Positions 37,309 to 46,972 of a stretch of DNA of 64,000 nt are shown piece by piece; the stretch's first letter is position 1, and each line of letters opens with the position of its first letter. The notes under the pieces are model-generated. The model saw only the letters and a list, made by a program, of their open reading frames with translations, did not search any database and had not been told where the DNA came from. Source of the DNA: Parcubacteria group bacterium GW2011_GWC1_45_13 (lineage in GTDB: Bacteria > Patescibacteriota > Minisyncoccia > UBA11713 > 2-01-FULL-45-33); contig LCKG01000001.1 of NCBI GenBank assembly GCA_001001285.1, forward strand, positions 39,223 through 103,222. The letters are read 5' to 3'. Both the position numbers and the translations under genes were made by a program.

Positions 37309-38799
37309 TCAATTTACTGTTTTTAAAATATTTTTTGGCAATCCTGCCTGTCCCATAGAGTGCTCGTAACGTATAGCGGCAACGGAGGGATTGAAAGGTA
37401 TTTTTAGTTTTTGTCGGATGTCGCGTTCTATAAAATCGCGCATCTTCACCAATTCGTCGGCCGTAAGATAATCAGTATAAACAAAAGATTGGTAATCGCC
37501 TTCCGGATTTCCTTTGTAATATTCAGCTATCTTGGTGTAATCAATCTCCAGTCCGTAGAGCCTATCGCCGGTTTTTCCATAAGTATAAATCCACGCTCCA
37601 GTTTTTTCATCAAACACAGCATCATCGTAATACGGCGTCCCGGGATAAGTAGTGATTATGGTGACGTCAAAGTCATCCGGCTTGGCGTTTATCAACCATT
37701 CATAAGTTTCCATAACTGTCTCGGCTGATTCCCCAGGGTGCCCGATGGACATTAGCGCCTTCACTTTAATGCCGTATTTTTTCGCAATTTCCAGGCATCT
37801 GGTGTTTTCTTCGCGCGTCGCCCGCTTGTTAATATTAGTCAGAATACGCGGCGAGCCGGACTCAAAGCCAACCAAAATCTGACAAAATCCCGCTTCACGC
37901 ATAGCCGCGGCCTGCTCTTCGGTAAATAACTGGGCCTTGATGAAGCCGCGTAATTTCCATTCTTCGCCCATTTGATTCTCTAAATCTCTTATGGCCCACA
38001 TCAATTTTATCATCTCTTTATTTACATTGAGCTCATCGTCATAAAGCATAAATCCCTTCACGCCGTAGGTCTCGCGCATAAACTTCATTTCACTGATGAT
38101 GCTTTCAATTGATCTGATGCGAACCCGCCGCAAAAATGGCGATGCTCTGCCGCCGCAAAATCCGCACTCAAAAGGACAGCCCAACTGGGCAATCAGACTC
38201 AGCGCGCGTTCTCCGTCAATAAAATAATGATAGCTATCTACATCAACTAAATGGCGGGCGGGGTATGGCATTAAGCTTAGCCTTTGGCTATCCAAAAAAA
38301 GGTGCGATTTTGGATCATCGGCATCAATTAATTTGGGCGTATTCTCATCCAGAGCCAAAAAAATTGCTTCCTCTCCGTCGCCGGCGACCAAAATGTCAAA
38401 ATTACAAAGCAGCACATCCTTGGCTCTCGCCGCCCTGCCCAAAACTTTCCTTTTCAATTCTTTTTTATGAGCGGCGTTAACCAAAGTAACATGAGGCCCC
38501 CCCAAAATAATTTTGGCATCGGGATGCGCCCGATGTATAACGCCAGCTATCTTGGTAGCCGCGGGCATCTGCGGAGTGGTCGCGGTAATGCCAAAACATT
38601 CGGCCTCGGAGCGCGAAGCGTGAGCTAGCATAATTTCTTCGTAATTTTCAATCCCGGAAAGGTCCAGCTTTTCTAGCGATATCTTTTGAGTTTCCAAAAC
38701 AGCAGCGACTTTTAAAATACCCAAACTCATAAAAACGCGCTCGTCGGAAAGAAACACGGACGGCGAAGTTATCAAACAAACTGGGCCAATACTCTCCAT
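37309..38799 (-). CDS. B12-binding-domain radical SAM protein
   Basis: LGILKVAA, LGGPH, GDGE, LGCPFECGFC; SD AAAGGAGG upstream. Confidence 0.9.
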   Translation of the reverse strand: MESIGPVCLITSPSVFLSDERVFMSLGILKVAAVLETQKISLEKLDLSGIENYEEIMLAHASRSEAECFGITATTPQMPAATKIAGVIHRAHPDAKIILGGPHVTLVNAAHKKELKRKVLGRAARAKDVLLCNFDILVAGDGEEAIFLALDENTPKLIDADDPKSHLFLDSQRLSLMPYPARHLVDVDSYHYFIDGERALSLIAQLGCPFECGFCGGRASPFLRRVRIRSIESIISEMKFMRETYGVKGFMLYDDELNVNKEMIKLMWAIRDLENQMGEEWKLRGFIKAQLFTEEQAAAMREAGFCQILVGFESGSPRILTNINKRATREENTRCLEIAKKYGIKVKALMSIGHPGESAETVMETYEWLINAKPDDFDVTIITTYPGTPYYDDAVFDEKTGAWIYTYGKTGDRLYGLEIDYTKIAEYYKGNPEGDYQSFVYTDYLTADELVKMRDFIERDIRQKLKIPFNPSVAAIRYEHSMGQAGLPKNILKTVN

Positions 38800-38845
38800 T
38801 TTCAGCCTCCTTTCAATTAAACAATGTGAGAACTCTTTTCAAAGC

Positions 38846-39553
38846 CTACTCTATAAATCTGCATTTTACAATAGTCCATAAAATTAAAAACCCATGGCGC
38901 CAATTAATTTTTTTACCTTCTTTGTAACTTCTAGGATAATAATGTATGGGTACGTCTATTGTTTTATATCCCTTTTTTAAAAGCTTGCAAATAAGTTCGT
39001 TGTCAAAATCAAAGTTATCTGTTCTAACATCAATGGTATCGATCAGCCGTTTAGGAAAAACTTTGTAACAGGCCTCATATTCGCCAGCGTTATTCCAGTA
39101 AAGCCAATTAGTTGTCCAGGTAATTAATTTATTACCAAACCAACTAAACCAATAAAACGACTTGTGTTTTCTCTCATCGCTTTGCGGCTGTATTCTTTTA
39201 CCCAGTACCGCTACGCTAGCGTTATTTAGAACCGGTTTGAGCATCGCGGGATAATCCTGCGGATCATATTCTAAATCTGCGTCCTGAATAATCACAAAAT
39301 CTCCACTGACTTCCTTAAAACCCGTGCGAATAGCAGCACCCTTGCCTTGATTTTTTTCTTGATAGACAATCTTATATTTATTTAATTTTTCCAAATCCCG
39401 CAAAATGTCACGCGTGCCATCAGTTGAGCCATCGTCTACTATAATAATTTCTTTTTTAACGTCGCCCAAATCTACAGCCTCAATCCGCCGGAGAATTTCC
39501 GAAATCGTACTCTTTTCATTATAGGTGGGGATAACAATAGACAATTTCGCCAT
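38846..39553 (-). CDS. GT2 DPM-synthase-like
   Basis: NQGKGAA, QDADLEYDP, EGKKINW. Confidence 0.9.
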   Translation of the reverse strand: MAKLSIVIPTYNEKSTISEILRRIEAVDLGDVKKEIIIVDDGSTDGTRDILRDLEKLNKYKIVYQEKNQGKGAAIRTGFKEVSGDFVIIQDADLEYDPQDYPAMLKPVLNNASVAVLGKRIQPQSDERKHKSFYWFSWFGNKLITWTTNWLYWNNAGEYEACYKVFPKRLIDTIDVRTDNFDFDNELICKLLKKGYKTIDVPIHYYPRSYKEGKKINWRHGFLILWTIVKCRFIE

Positions 39554-39595
39554 CTCTGGATTATAAACTAAATTTTATATATAGTAAATTTAATT

Positions 39596-41239
39596 ATGTT
39601 TAAAATTTCATCCCAAAAATGGCTTATTTTTATTTTGGTTTTGGCATTCCTGATAAGAATCGCGGGCGTAAGCTATGGACTTCCTCTTTGGCTGGTTGAT
39701 GATGAACCGCCTTTCGTGTTGGCCGCGCTTAAAATGCTTGAACTAAAAACTCTACTACCGGTCTTACATCTGGCGGATTTTAAAACTGTTCTTTATTATC
39801 CGCCATATTTTTCTTATTTATATTTGCCGTTTTTTGCGGCGCTTGTAGCGGTAAAATTTTTATTTTATAAAGGCGCCGCGAATCTTTTTGCCGCATATCT
39901 ATTGAGCGATCTTTCGCAATTTTTTATAATTGCGCGAGTAATAAATATTTTTGTGGGCGCCGCTTCGGTTTATTTAATTTATAAAATAGCAAAAAATATT
40001 TTCGCAGACGAAACTCCGGCTCTGTTTGCCGCTTTTTTTGTTGCAACCAGTTTAATCCATACCGCGATATCCATGACCAGCCGGCATTGGCTTTCCGTGT
40101 TTTTCTTCTCCGCACTAGTTCTGTTTTGGCTTTCGCATCCTGATTTATCAGAGAAAAAAAGATATTTCCGGGCGGTATTTTTCGCTGGCCTCGGCGTGGG
40201 CGTTGCTGTAATCAATTCTCTATTGGCGATCCTCATCGCGCTTTGGTATTTGCTTTATGAAAAAGGAATGGCTTTAAGGCTTTTTAAAGAAAAATTTTTC
40301 TATCTACTTTACGCAATTTTTGGCGCACTTTTTACGCTCCCATATATTCTTTACCCAGAAAGCCTAGGTTTTAAAGCCGATATTACCGCCGAAACGGCAA
40401 AAACTATATTAGGCGCTGTCACCAGCCCGATTTTTTTCACAAAAACCATAGCGGCATCCGAATTTATTCTGATCGCTTTCGCCGCAGCTGGCCTCATATT
40501 CTCTTTCAAAAAATCCAGAAATGTTTTTTGGACTTTTGCGGCGTTTATTTACGCTTACAGCATAATTTTTTATCTGGTTTTCAGGTTTGAACCTAGATTT
40601 TTTATGGGGCTCCTGCCGTTTTACGTAATTTTGGCGGGTTATGGTTTTTGGGAATCGCAAAAATTAATATCAAACCGAATTCTAGCCAACGTTTTCGCGC
40701 TGATACTGTTAGTGCCTTTGATTTTTACTTTGCGGCTTGACTGGTTGGCGATAAAAAACGATTCAAGAACTTTGGCGTTAACATGGGCGGAAGCCAACAT
40801 CCCAGCCAGGTCCAAAATAATGGTTTTAGCCCGTCTCACCAATTTGCCGACAAATAAAGCAGCCGTGGCCGAACAGGAAAAATTAGATCCGGCTTCTTTA
40901 AGAAAAGTGAATTTAGCCCAAGCTGAAATTGCCGAAAACTCGCCGGATTTTAAATCTTTCCATGCGCTTAATCTTCGTGATCTTTCAAATGAATCTTTTT
41001 ACGAAAACATAGATAGTTATGTAAAACAAAATCATTATGAATATCTATTCATACAGCTGGCTTACAGAGACAGCGAGCGCTTCAAAAATATAACGAAAAA
41101 TGCTACTTTACTCAAATCATACGCTGGCGGAGATTCCAGACTTTCTCTGGCCGAAAGTCAATTTATAGCGAATCCTCTGGGCTTATTTAAAATAAGCGAG
41201 CTTGGCCCGCGAATAGAAATATATAAAATAAATCAATGA
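39596..41239 (+). CDS. ArnT/PMT-like GT-C glycosyltransferase
   Basis: GLP..DDE, YYPP, multiple TMs, EPRF. Confidence 0.75.
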   Translation: MFKISSQKWLIFILVLAFLIRIAGVSYGLPLWLVDDEPPFVLAALKMLELKTLLPVLHLADFKTVLYYPPYFSYLYLPFFAALVAVKFLFYKGAANLFAAYLLSDLSQFFIIARVINIFVGAASVYLIYKIAKNIFADETPALFAAFFVATSLIHTAISMTSRHWLSVFFFSALVLFWLSHPDLSEKKRYFRAVFFAGLGVGVAVINSLLAILIALWYLLYEKGMALRLFKEKFFYLLYAIFGALFTLPYILYPESLGFKADITAETAKTILGAVTSPIFFTKTIAASEFILIAFAAAGLIFSFKKSRNVFWTFAAFIYAYSIIFYLVFRFEPRFFMGLLPFYVILAGYGFWESQKLISNRILANVFALILLVPLIFTLRLDWLAIKNDSRTLALTWAEANIPARSKIMVLARLTNLPTNKAAVAEQEKLDPASLRKVNLAQAEIAENSPDFKSFHALNLRDLSNESFYENIDSYVKQNHYEYLFIQLAYRDSERFKNITKNATLLKSYAGGDSRLSLAESQFIANPLGLFKISELGPRIEIYKINQ

Positions 41240-41997
41240 AAATTATTGTAATCATTCCGACTTTCAATGAAAAAGAGTCTGTGGGAGGGCTTTTGGAGAA
41301 CATCGCCGGAAAAATATTTAAAGAAGTCCCAAACCACCAAATAGGAATTTTAGTTGTCGACGGCGCCTCGCCTGATGGGACAGCTGACATTGTAAAAGCC
41401 AAATCTGCAATTTATCCGAATCTTAATTTAATAGCGGAGAAAAAAAAACGCGGCATCGGCTCCGCGTATATCGCTGGGATGAAATACGCGATAGAAAAAT
41501 TGGGGGCGGACGCTGTTATAGAATTTGACGGCGACGGCCAGCACAACCCCGAAGACATAAAACGGCTTGCTGCCGAATTGGATAAAGGATATGACTATGT
41601 CATCGGCTCTCGATATATTCTGGGAGGTAGCGTCCCGAAAGAGTGGGCTCATTGGAGAAAATTTTTAAGTAAATTCGGCGGTTTATTCGCCAAAATAATT
41701 TTAAATCTGCCAACCAATGACAACACTTCCGGCCTTAAGCTTTCGCGCGTGAAAAATTTAGCGGAACGCCTGCCGCTTGATGAAAACAAGGTTTTATCAA
41801 AATACTACGCTTATAAAATCCATTTTCTCTATGAAATGATAAAAATGGGCGCGAAAACAAAAGAAATCCCAATTAAATTTTTAGAACGCCGAAATGGCAG
41901 CTCTAAAAGCACCTTCCGCGACATTTTTGACTCTCTTCGCGTCGTGCTTGCGCTAAAATTCAGAAATAATAAAAGCCCCCAGCATAAATTAAGCTAG
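41236..41997 (+). CDS. Polyprenol monophosphomannose synthase-like GT2
   Basis: PTFNE, SPDGTA, GIGSAY, DGDGQH, GSRY..GG. Confidence 0.9.
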   Translation: MKIIVIIPTFNEKESVGGLLENIAGKIFKEVPNHQIGILVVDGASPDGTADIVKAKSAIYPNLNLIAEKKKRGIGSAYIAGMKYAIEKLGADAVIEFDGDGQHNPEDIKRLAAELDKGYDYVIGSRYILGGSVPKEWAHWRKFLSKFGGLFAKIILNLPTNDNTSGLKLSRVKNLAERLPLDENKVLSKYYAYKIHFLYEMIKMGAKTKEIPIKFLERRNGSSKSTFRDIFDSLRVVLALKFRNNKSPQHKLS

Positions 41998-42024
41998 AGA
42001 CACAGAGAATTTTATCCGCAACCA

Positions 42025-42210
42025 TCAACCATACAACTTGTGCTTGTTATACTCTTCATGTTGATGTTTTGCCCGTCGCCAGCAAAAATTTTCCCAAGGT
42101 CCTATGAAGAAAATATGGATTAGTGCCCATACTCCAAACAAAAAAACAATACACCACGCAAGAAAATACATCACAACCAATCCTACTCCTATATTCTGCA
42201 ACATAAACAT
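42025..42210 (-). CDS. Small hypothetical membrane protein
   Basis: Hydrophobic 61 aa; SD AAGGAGA and TATAAT upstream. Confidence 0.5.
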   Translation of the reverse strand: MFMLQNIGVGLVVMYFLAWCIVFLFGVWALIHIFFIGPWENFCWRRAKHQHEEYNKHKLYG

Positions 42211-42251
42211 TCTCCTTTTTTCATATTCTGATTTCTGCCTTAATTATACGC

Positions 42252-43373
42252 CTATTTGTTTATAAAGTCAATAGCACGGTGAGCGCGGTTTGACCAAGTG
42301 TGGTTTTGGACTTTTTGGAGGGCGTTTTTAGCAAGCTGTTCAGCTCTAGTCGGATCTTGTAAAATCTCTTTAATTGCCCTCACTAAATCTGCCGCATCGT
42401 TAGATCTGAAAAATAAAGCTTCTTTTTCAGTCAAAATTTCACGGAGCGACGGCAAATCGGATGCAACAATCGGTCGGCCGGAAGCCATATATTCAAAAAG
42501 TTTTAAGGGCGAGGTGTGTTCTTCGGAAATTTTGGACCCTTTTTTATTCGGTAAAACCAAAACATCTGCCGCTTTCAAATAATATGGAATTTCAGCGTAG
42601 GGTTTGTGACCTATTAATTTAAGATTTTTAAGATTTATGGTGTAAGATTTTAGATTTGAGATTTCCTCCTCTGAACCTCCAACGAGCATAAACAAAAAAT
42701 CTTCTCTAAAATTTTTCACGGCTTCCAGTAAAACATCTACACCTTTCCAGTCATAAAGATAGAAACTTCCGGTGTAGAGAATGTTTTTTTTATCTTGCGG
42801 CAGGTTTAATTTTTTTCTTGCCTCTTCTTTAGAAATCCTAATGTCAAATTTTGCTAGATCTACGGCGTCTGGCAGAACCAGAATTTTATTTTCTGAAATG
42901 CCGAGTTTTATAAGCTCGTTTTTGGTAAAGCTTGTGAGCACAAAAATCGCCTTGGCCTTGCGCCAGGTTTTTTTATGTAGTAAACTCGGCCTAGCCGGTA
43001 AAGAATGCACTTCCATGCAAAAATCTTTAAAAAACAATCCTGCCCACTCTTCGCGCGTATATAAAATATCATAATTCTTAAATAATAAATATATTCTAGA
43101 AGCGATTAAAAATATAAGCGTCTCGGCAAAGAATCCGGATTGGCCCAACTCCAGCGCAATAAAATCCAACGTCGGCAATTTAGTGATTTTAAAATTCTTT
43201 TTGACTCCGTAATAATCAAACGGATTTTCTTTAATATTATTTAAGCGCCTAGGCAATACCAGCTCAACATCAATCCCTTGGGCGGTAAAAGCGTCGCACA
43301 TTTTCATAATCTGAATTCCGTGCGCTTTTTCAGTAGGGATTCTAGCGTTGGCAATATAAACAAGTTTTTTCAT
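42252..43373 (-). CDS. GT4 glycosyltransferase; start MKKLVY
   Basis: PTEKAHG, KGVD, SPLKLFEYMA. Confidence 0.9.
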   Translation of the reverse strand: MKKLVYIANARIPTEKAHGIQIMKMCDAFTAQGIDVELVLPRRLNNIKENPFDYYGVKKNFKITKLPTLDFIALELGQSGFFAETLIFLIASRIYLLFKNYDILYTREEWAGLFFKDFCMEVHSLPARPSLLHKKTWRKAKAIFVLTSFTKNELIKLGISENKILVLPDAVDLAKFDIRISKEEARKKLNLPQDKKNILYTGSFYLYDWKGVDVLLEAVKNFREDFLFMLVGGSEEEISNLKSYTINLKNLKLIGHKPYAEIPYYLKAADVLVLPNKKGSKISEEHTSPLKLFEYMASGRPIVASDLPSLREILTEKEALFFRSNDAADLVRAIKEILQDPTRAEQLAKNALQKVQNHTWSNRAHRAIDFINK

Positions 43374-45154
43374 AATTTTACTTTGTATAATTTCGCCCAA
43401 ACCTGAAAATTAATAATCGTCCATAAAATCGTGAGGTTATATCTTCTGCCTTCAACGTGATCTTTTAGGATTATATCAATATTTGCCCAATTAAATATCG
43501 GCGCGGTTTCGGCATAATAACTTTTAGAAAGAATGTTTTGGGCTAAAGCATTAATTTTAGGGTTCCTTAGCCACTTCGCCGCGGGGGAAAACCATCCGCG
43601 TTTGGGTTGATGCATCAAAAAGTCCGGAATATGCCCGCGGAACGCCTCTTTTAAAATGATTTTTGTATTGAACGCCCCGACTTTATATTTTCTTGGGATT
43701 CTTGCCGCGAATTCAACCAGATTTTTTTCCAAAAGCGGCACTCTCGCCTCAACCGCCGAAAACATCGACATCTTGTCCGTGCGGGCAAGTGACTCGTCCG
43801 CGAGCCAAGCTCGCCTGTCCACCGACATAAAAAGCTCCTCAAAAGTTTTAAACGGGTTTTTTTGAAAATAGTTTTCAGCAAAAAAAGATTTCGCAATATT
43901 TCCTCCAAAAAATTCTTTCTGTAAGACCTCTCTCAAAATCGGATCTTTTTGAAACATAAACCGCGCGAACCTGTCCGTTTTTTCCGGCAAAAAAAACTCC
44001 GGCAAAAAACTCATAATGCGGCTTATGCGGTATCTTTCATAACCGCCAAAAAGTTCGTCGCCCCCGTCGCCTCCCAAAACCACGTCCACTTTTTGGTTTT
44101 TGGTAAATCCGGCTAGTTTCATCATTGGTATTGCGGTCGGGTTGGCAATCGGCTCATCTAGCTGAAAGAAGGCTTTTTCAAAAAAATCCGGGATTTCTTC
44201 CTCTTTTAGCAGGACTTCGTGGTGGCGCGCGCCGTAGTGCGCAGCGGTGCGCTTTGCCAAATAAAAATCTTGGTTGAATTTTTCTTCATCGTCCTTATTC
44301 GGAAGGCTGAACCCGACGGAAAAAGTGTCTATGTTTCCACGAACCGTGCTCATCGCATCCAGCACGACGCTGGAATCAATCCCGCCGGAAAGATAAAGCC
44401 CAATCGGGCGGTCGGAAATCAATTGTCGCTCGACGCTTTTTAAGATTTCGCCCCGCACATCCTCCGCCAAATACTTAAATGGCCTGTTAAAATATTTTAC
44501 ATCCGAAATTTCCCAATACTTTGTGAGTTTCAGCTCCCCATTTTGGAAAACTCCATAATGCGCCTGCGGAAATTTATGGATTCCTTTGAACATAGTAAGC
44601 GGCGCCGGCACATAAAGCACGCGCAAATAATGGTTAAGGGCTTCGCGGTTTAGTACTTTAGGCACATCGTGCTCTAAAATCGCCTTAATCTCCGATGAAA
44701 AAATGAACTTGCCGCCGCCCAAAAAATAATAAAGCGGTTTCACGCCGATATGGTCGCGCGCTAAAAAAAGTTCCCGTTTCGTTTTGTCCCAAATAGCAAA
44801 CGCAAAAATTCCATTAAGTTTATTTACGGCCTCCGAGCCCCATTTTTGATAAGCTGCCAAAATTACTTCCGTGTCGCTTAAAGTTTTGAAATTATAAAAA
44901 TCCGCAAGCTCTTTTTTTAAATCTTTAAAATTATAAATTTCTCCGTTAAAAACAACCACCAAATTTCCGTCGCCGGACGCCATTGGTTGATTCGCCGCGC
45001 CGCTTAAATCAATTATGCTTAAGCGATTGTGGCCGAGCGAAATTTTATCGTCAAAAAAAACACCTGTGCCGTCGGGGCCGCGATGCCGCGTTGCCCGATT
45101 CATTTTCAAAATCAAGTTTTCATCCTTAAAATTAAATCCGTTTATTGCGCACAT
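43370..45154 (-). CDS. asnB: Asparagine synthase (glutamine-hydrolysing)-like amidotransferase
   Basis: MC start, HRGPD, RLSIID, NGEIYN, LSGGIDSS, GDGGDELFGGY. Confidence 0.92.
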   Translation of the reverse strand: MCAINGFNFKDENLILKMNRATRHRGPDGTGVFFDDKISLGHNRLSIIDLSGAANQPMASGDGNLVVVFNGEIYNFKDLKKELADFYNFKTLSDTEVILAAYQKWGSEAVNKLNGIFAFAIWDKTKRELFLARDHIGVKPLYYFLGGGKFIFSSEIKAILEHDVPKVLNREALNHYLRVLYVPAPLTMFKGIHKFPQAHYGVFQNGELKLTKYWEISDVKYFNRPFKYLAEDVRGEILKSVERQLISDRPIGLYLSGGIDSSVVLDAMSTVRGNIDTFSVGFSLPNKDDEEKFNQDFYLAKRTAAHYGARHHEVLLKEEEIPDFFEKAFFQLDEPIANPTAIPMMKLAGFTKNQKVDVVLGGDGGDELFGGYERYRISRIMSFLPEFFLPEKTDRFARFMFQKDPILREVLQKEFFGGNIAKSFFAENYFQKNPFKTFEELFMSVDRRAWLADESLARTDKMSMFSAVEARVPLLEKNLVEFAARIPRKYKVGAFNTKIILKEAFRGHIPDFLMHQPKRGWFSPAAKWLRNPKINALAQNILSKSYYAETAPIFNWANIDIILKDHVEGRRYNLTILWTIINFQVWAKLYKVKL

Positions 45155-45962
45155 ACAAAATTTGCTGCTTAGTAAGTAAATACAAAATATAAAAATGCTG
45201 CCACAAAGTTAAAAACTGAATCCGCAGCGGCATTGAATCTTTAAATCCGTAAAGAAGATACATTTTGGGAATCCTGTATAAATACCCGGCAATGATGCGC
45301 AATCTCCTGTAAACGCACCAATAAAAAAATTCGCCCCAAGGCCCTCCGCCGGCGGCATCCGCCTCCCAATTGGCATACATTTTTTGGTACTTCCAATAAT
45401 TTTCTACGCGCTCTTTTGGCCAATGAAAGTCATAAAAACTCTTAAGCGCGCCGACTTTATATTTTTTTTGATCAAACATCAACCGATCGTGCACTCTGCC
45501 CTTAAAATACGGCTTTATTTTTCTATTTATAAGCCTTGTCTGATAAGAAGGATAGCTTGCTTCGTGCTTAATTTCTTTGCCGTCAAGAAAAAGTCGCGTT
45601 GGCATGCGATAAACAAAAAATGGTGAGGCGGGATCAGCTGTGATTTTTCGGATCTCTTCAACAACTCCGCGAGAAAGCGCGTCGTCGGAGTCCATAAAAA
45701 AATACCAATCGTATGAAGCCGCGTCCATGTTTCGTTGGCGAACATTCGCTTTGTCTTTCACGCATCGCAAATTGGGTTCGTCGGAGTCATATTGCTTCAC
45801 TATTTTCACGCCGTACTCGCGCGCGATGTTTAAAGTATTGTCTGTTGAATTACCATCGCAAACGACAATCTCGGCAAAATCTTTCACCGAATCCAGGCAA
45901 CGACGCAAAGTCTTCCCGGAATTTAAAGTCAGAATGCCGATTGAACAGGGTATTTTATTCAT
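45132..45962 (-). CDS. GT2 glycosyltransferase
   Basis: DGNSTDNT, RN, MDSD, VHD. Confidence 0.85.
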   Translation of the reverse strand: MNKIPCSIGILTLNSGKTLRRCLDSVKDFAEIVVCDGNSTDNTLNIAREYGVKIVKQYDSDEPNLRCVKDKANVRQRNMDAASYDWYFFMDSDDALSRGVVEEIRKITADPASPFFVYRMPTRLFLDGKEIKHEASYPSYQTRLINRKIKPYFKGRVHDRLMFDQKKYKVGALKSFYDFHWPKERVENYWKYQKMYANWEADAAGGGPWGEFFYWCVYRRLRIIAGYLYRIPKMYLLYGFKDSMPLRIQFLTLWQHFYILYLLTKQQILYVRNKRI

Positions 45963-46972
45963 AAATTTTTTACTATCTTCTCTACCAAATTATCCAAGTT
46001 ATGATTCTGTATTATAATTTGGCACAAAGACAAATCTTTATTATAATTGGTCATTTGCGCAATTTTTTCTGCCACAAGATTGGGGTTTTTTGGTATGATT
46101 TCAAGCGTGCCGCGAAACACTTCGCTGGTAGTCACAACCGGCAATCCGCAGGCCATCGCTTCTAAAACGACTTTATCAATACTGCCAGTTTCACTAGCGT
46201 GAAGGAGCATGTCGTGAGAATTATAAATATCAGGCATCTCATTATAGGTTTTTGCGCCTAAAAAATTTATGTTTTTTTCTAAATCACCCTGAAGAATTAA
46301 ATTTTCCAGCTTTTTTTTATAAACAAGATCGGCAGACGTAACTGGCTCTCCTACTATATCTAGCATTGCGCCGTGACCCCTTTTTAGTAAAATTGCAACG
46401 GCCTTAATCAAAAATTCATGATTTTTAGATTCCGAGATCCTGCCGACGGAAAGCAGTTTAAGTGTGTTTTCCCCGCTCCTTAAAGCTTCGCGCTTCGGCG
46501 CGAAGCGGTTAGTATCAATCCCATGGCCGGTTATAACTATTTTTGGCGAGTTAAGGCGGCAGCTTTCCGGAGAAGCCGTAAAAATTTTTGTAACAAGTTT
46601 TTCGGCGATTCTCAATGAAAACGTCACCGATTTGTGAGTATACCATAAATAGACGTTTTTTCTGTAAATCGCCGCCACCGGCCAAACCAAAATAACCCAT
46701 GCCGGAATCATGTGGACAAAGACGGCGTCTGCTTGCGACATGACAGAAAACAGATATTTATAAAAATTTATATAGCGCCTGATTCTGCCAAAAATTTTTT
46801 CTTTGCCAAAAGAAAAAACCTGAACATTTGCCGGCAAAGCATGTTCACCTAAAAAACTGCATAGAACAAAAACGCTATCTGCTTTCTCCGCAAATTTCTC
46901 TAGCCACCGATGAAAAAATCCCAAATTACTATCCTCTTTATCAACTTTTTGAGTAAGAATTAAAAGATTCAT
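45959..46972 (-). CDS. GT4 glycosyltransferase
   Basis: GHGID, VGRIS..K, DKVVLEAMACG. Confidence 0.9.
   Translation of the reverse strand: MNLLILTQKVDKEDSNLGFFHRWLEKFAEKADSVFVLCSFLGEHALPANVQVFSFGKEKIFGRIRRYINFYKYLFSVMSQADAVFVHMIPAWVILVWPVAAIYRKNVYLWYTHKSVTFSLRIAEKLVTKIFTASPESCRLNSPKIVITGHGIDTNRFAPKREALRSGENTLKLLSVGRISESKNHEFLIKAVAILLKRGHGAMLDIVGEPVTSADLVYKKKLENLILQGDLEKNINFLGAKTYNEMPDIYNSHDMLLHASETGSIDKVVLEAMACGLPVVTTSEVFRGTLEIIPKNPNLVAEKIAQMTNYNKDLSLCQIIIQNHNLDNLVEKIVKNL
46485..46506. repeat. Perfect GC hairpin in the GT4 interdomain linker
   Basis: GCTTCGCGC-TTCG-GCGCGAAGC, 9-bp stem. Confidence 0.7.
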
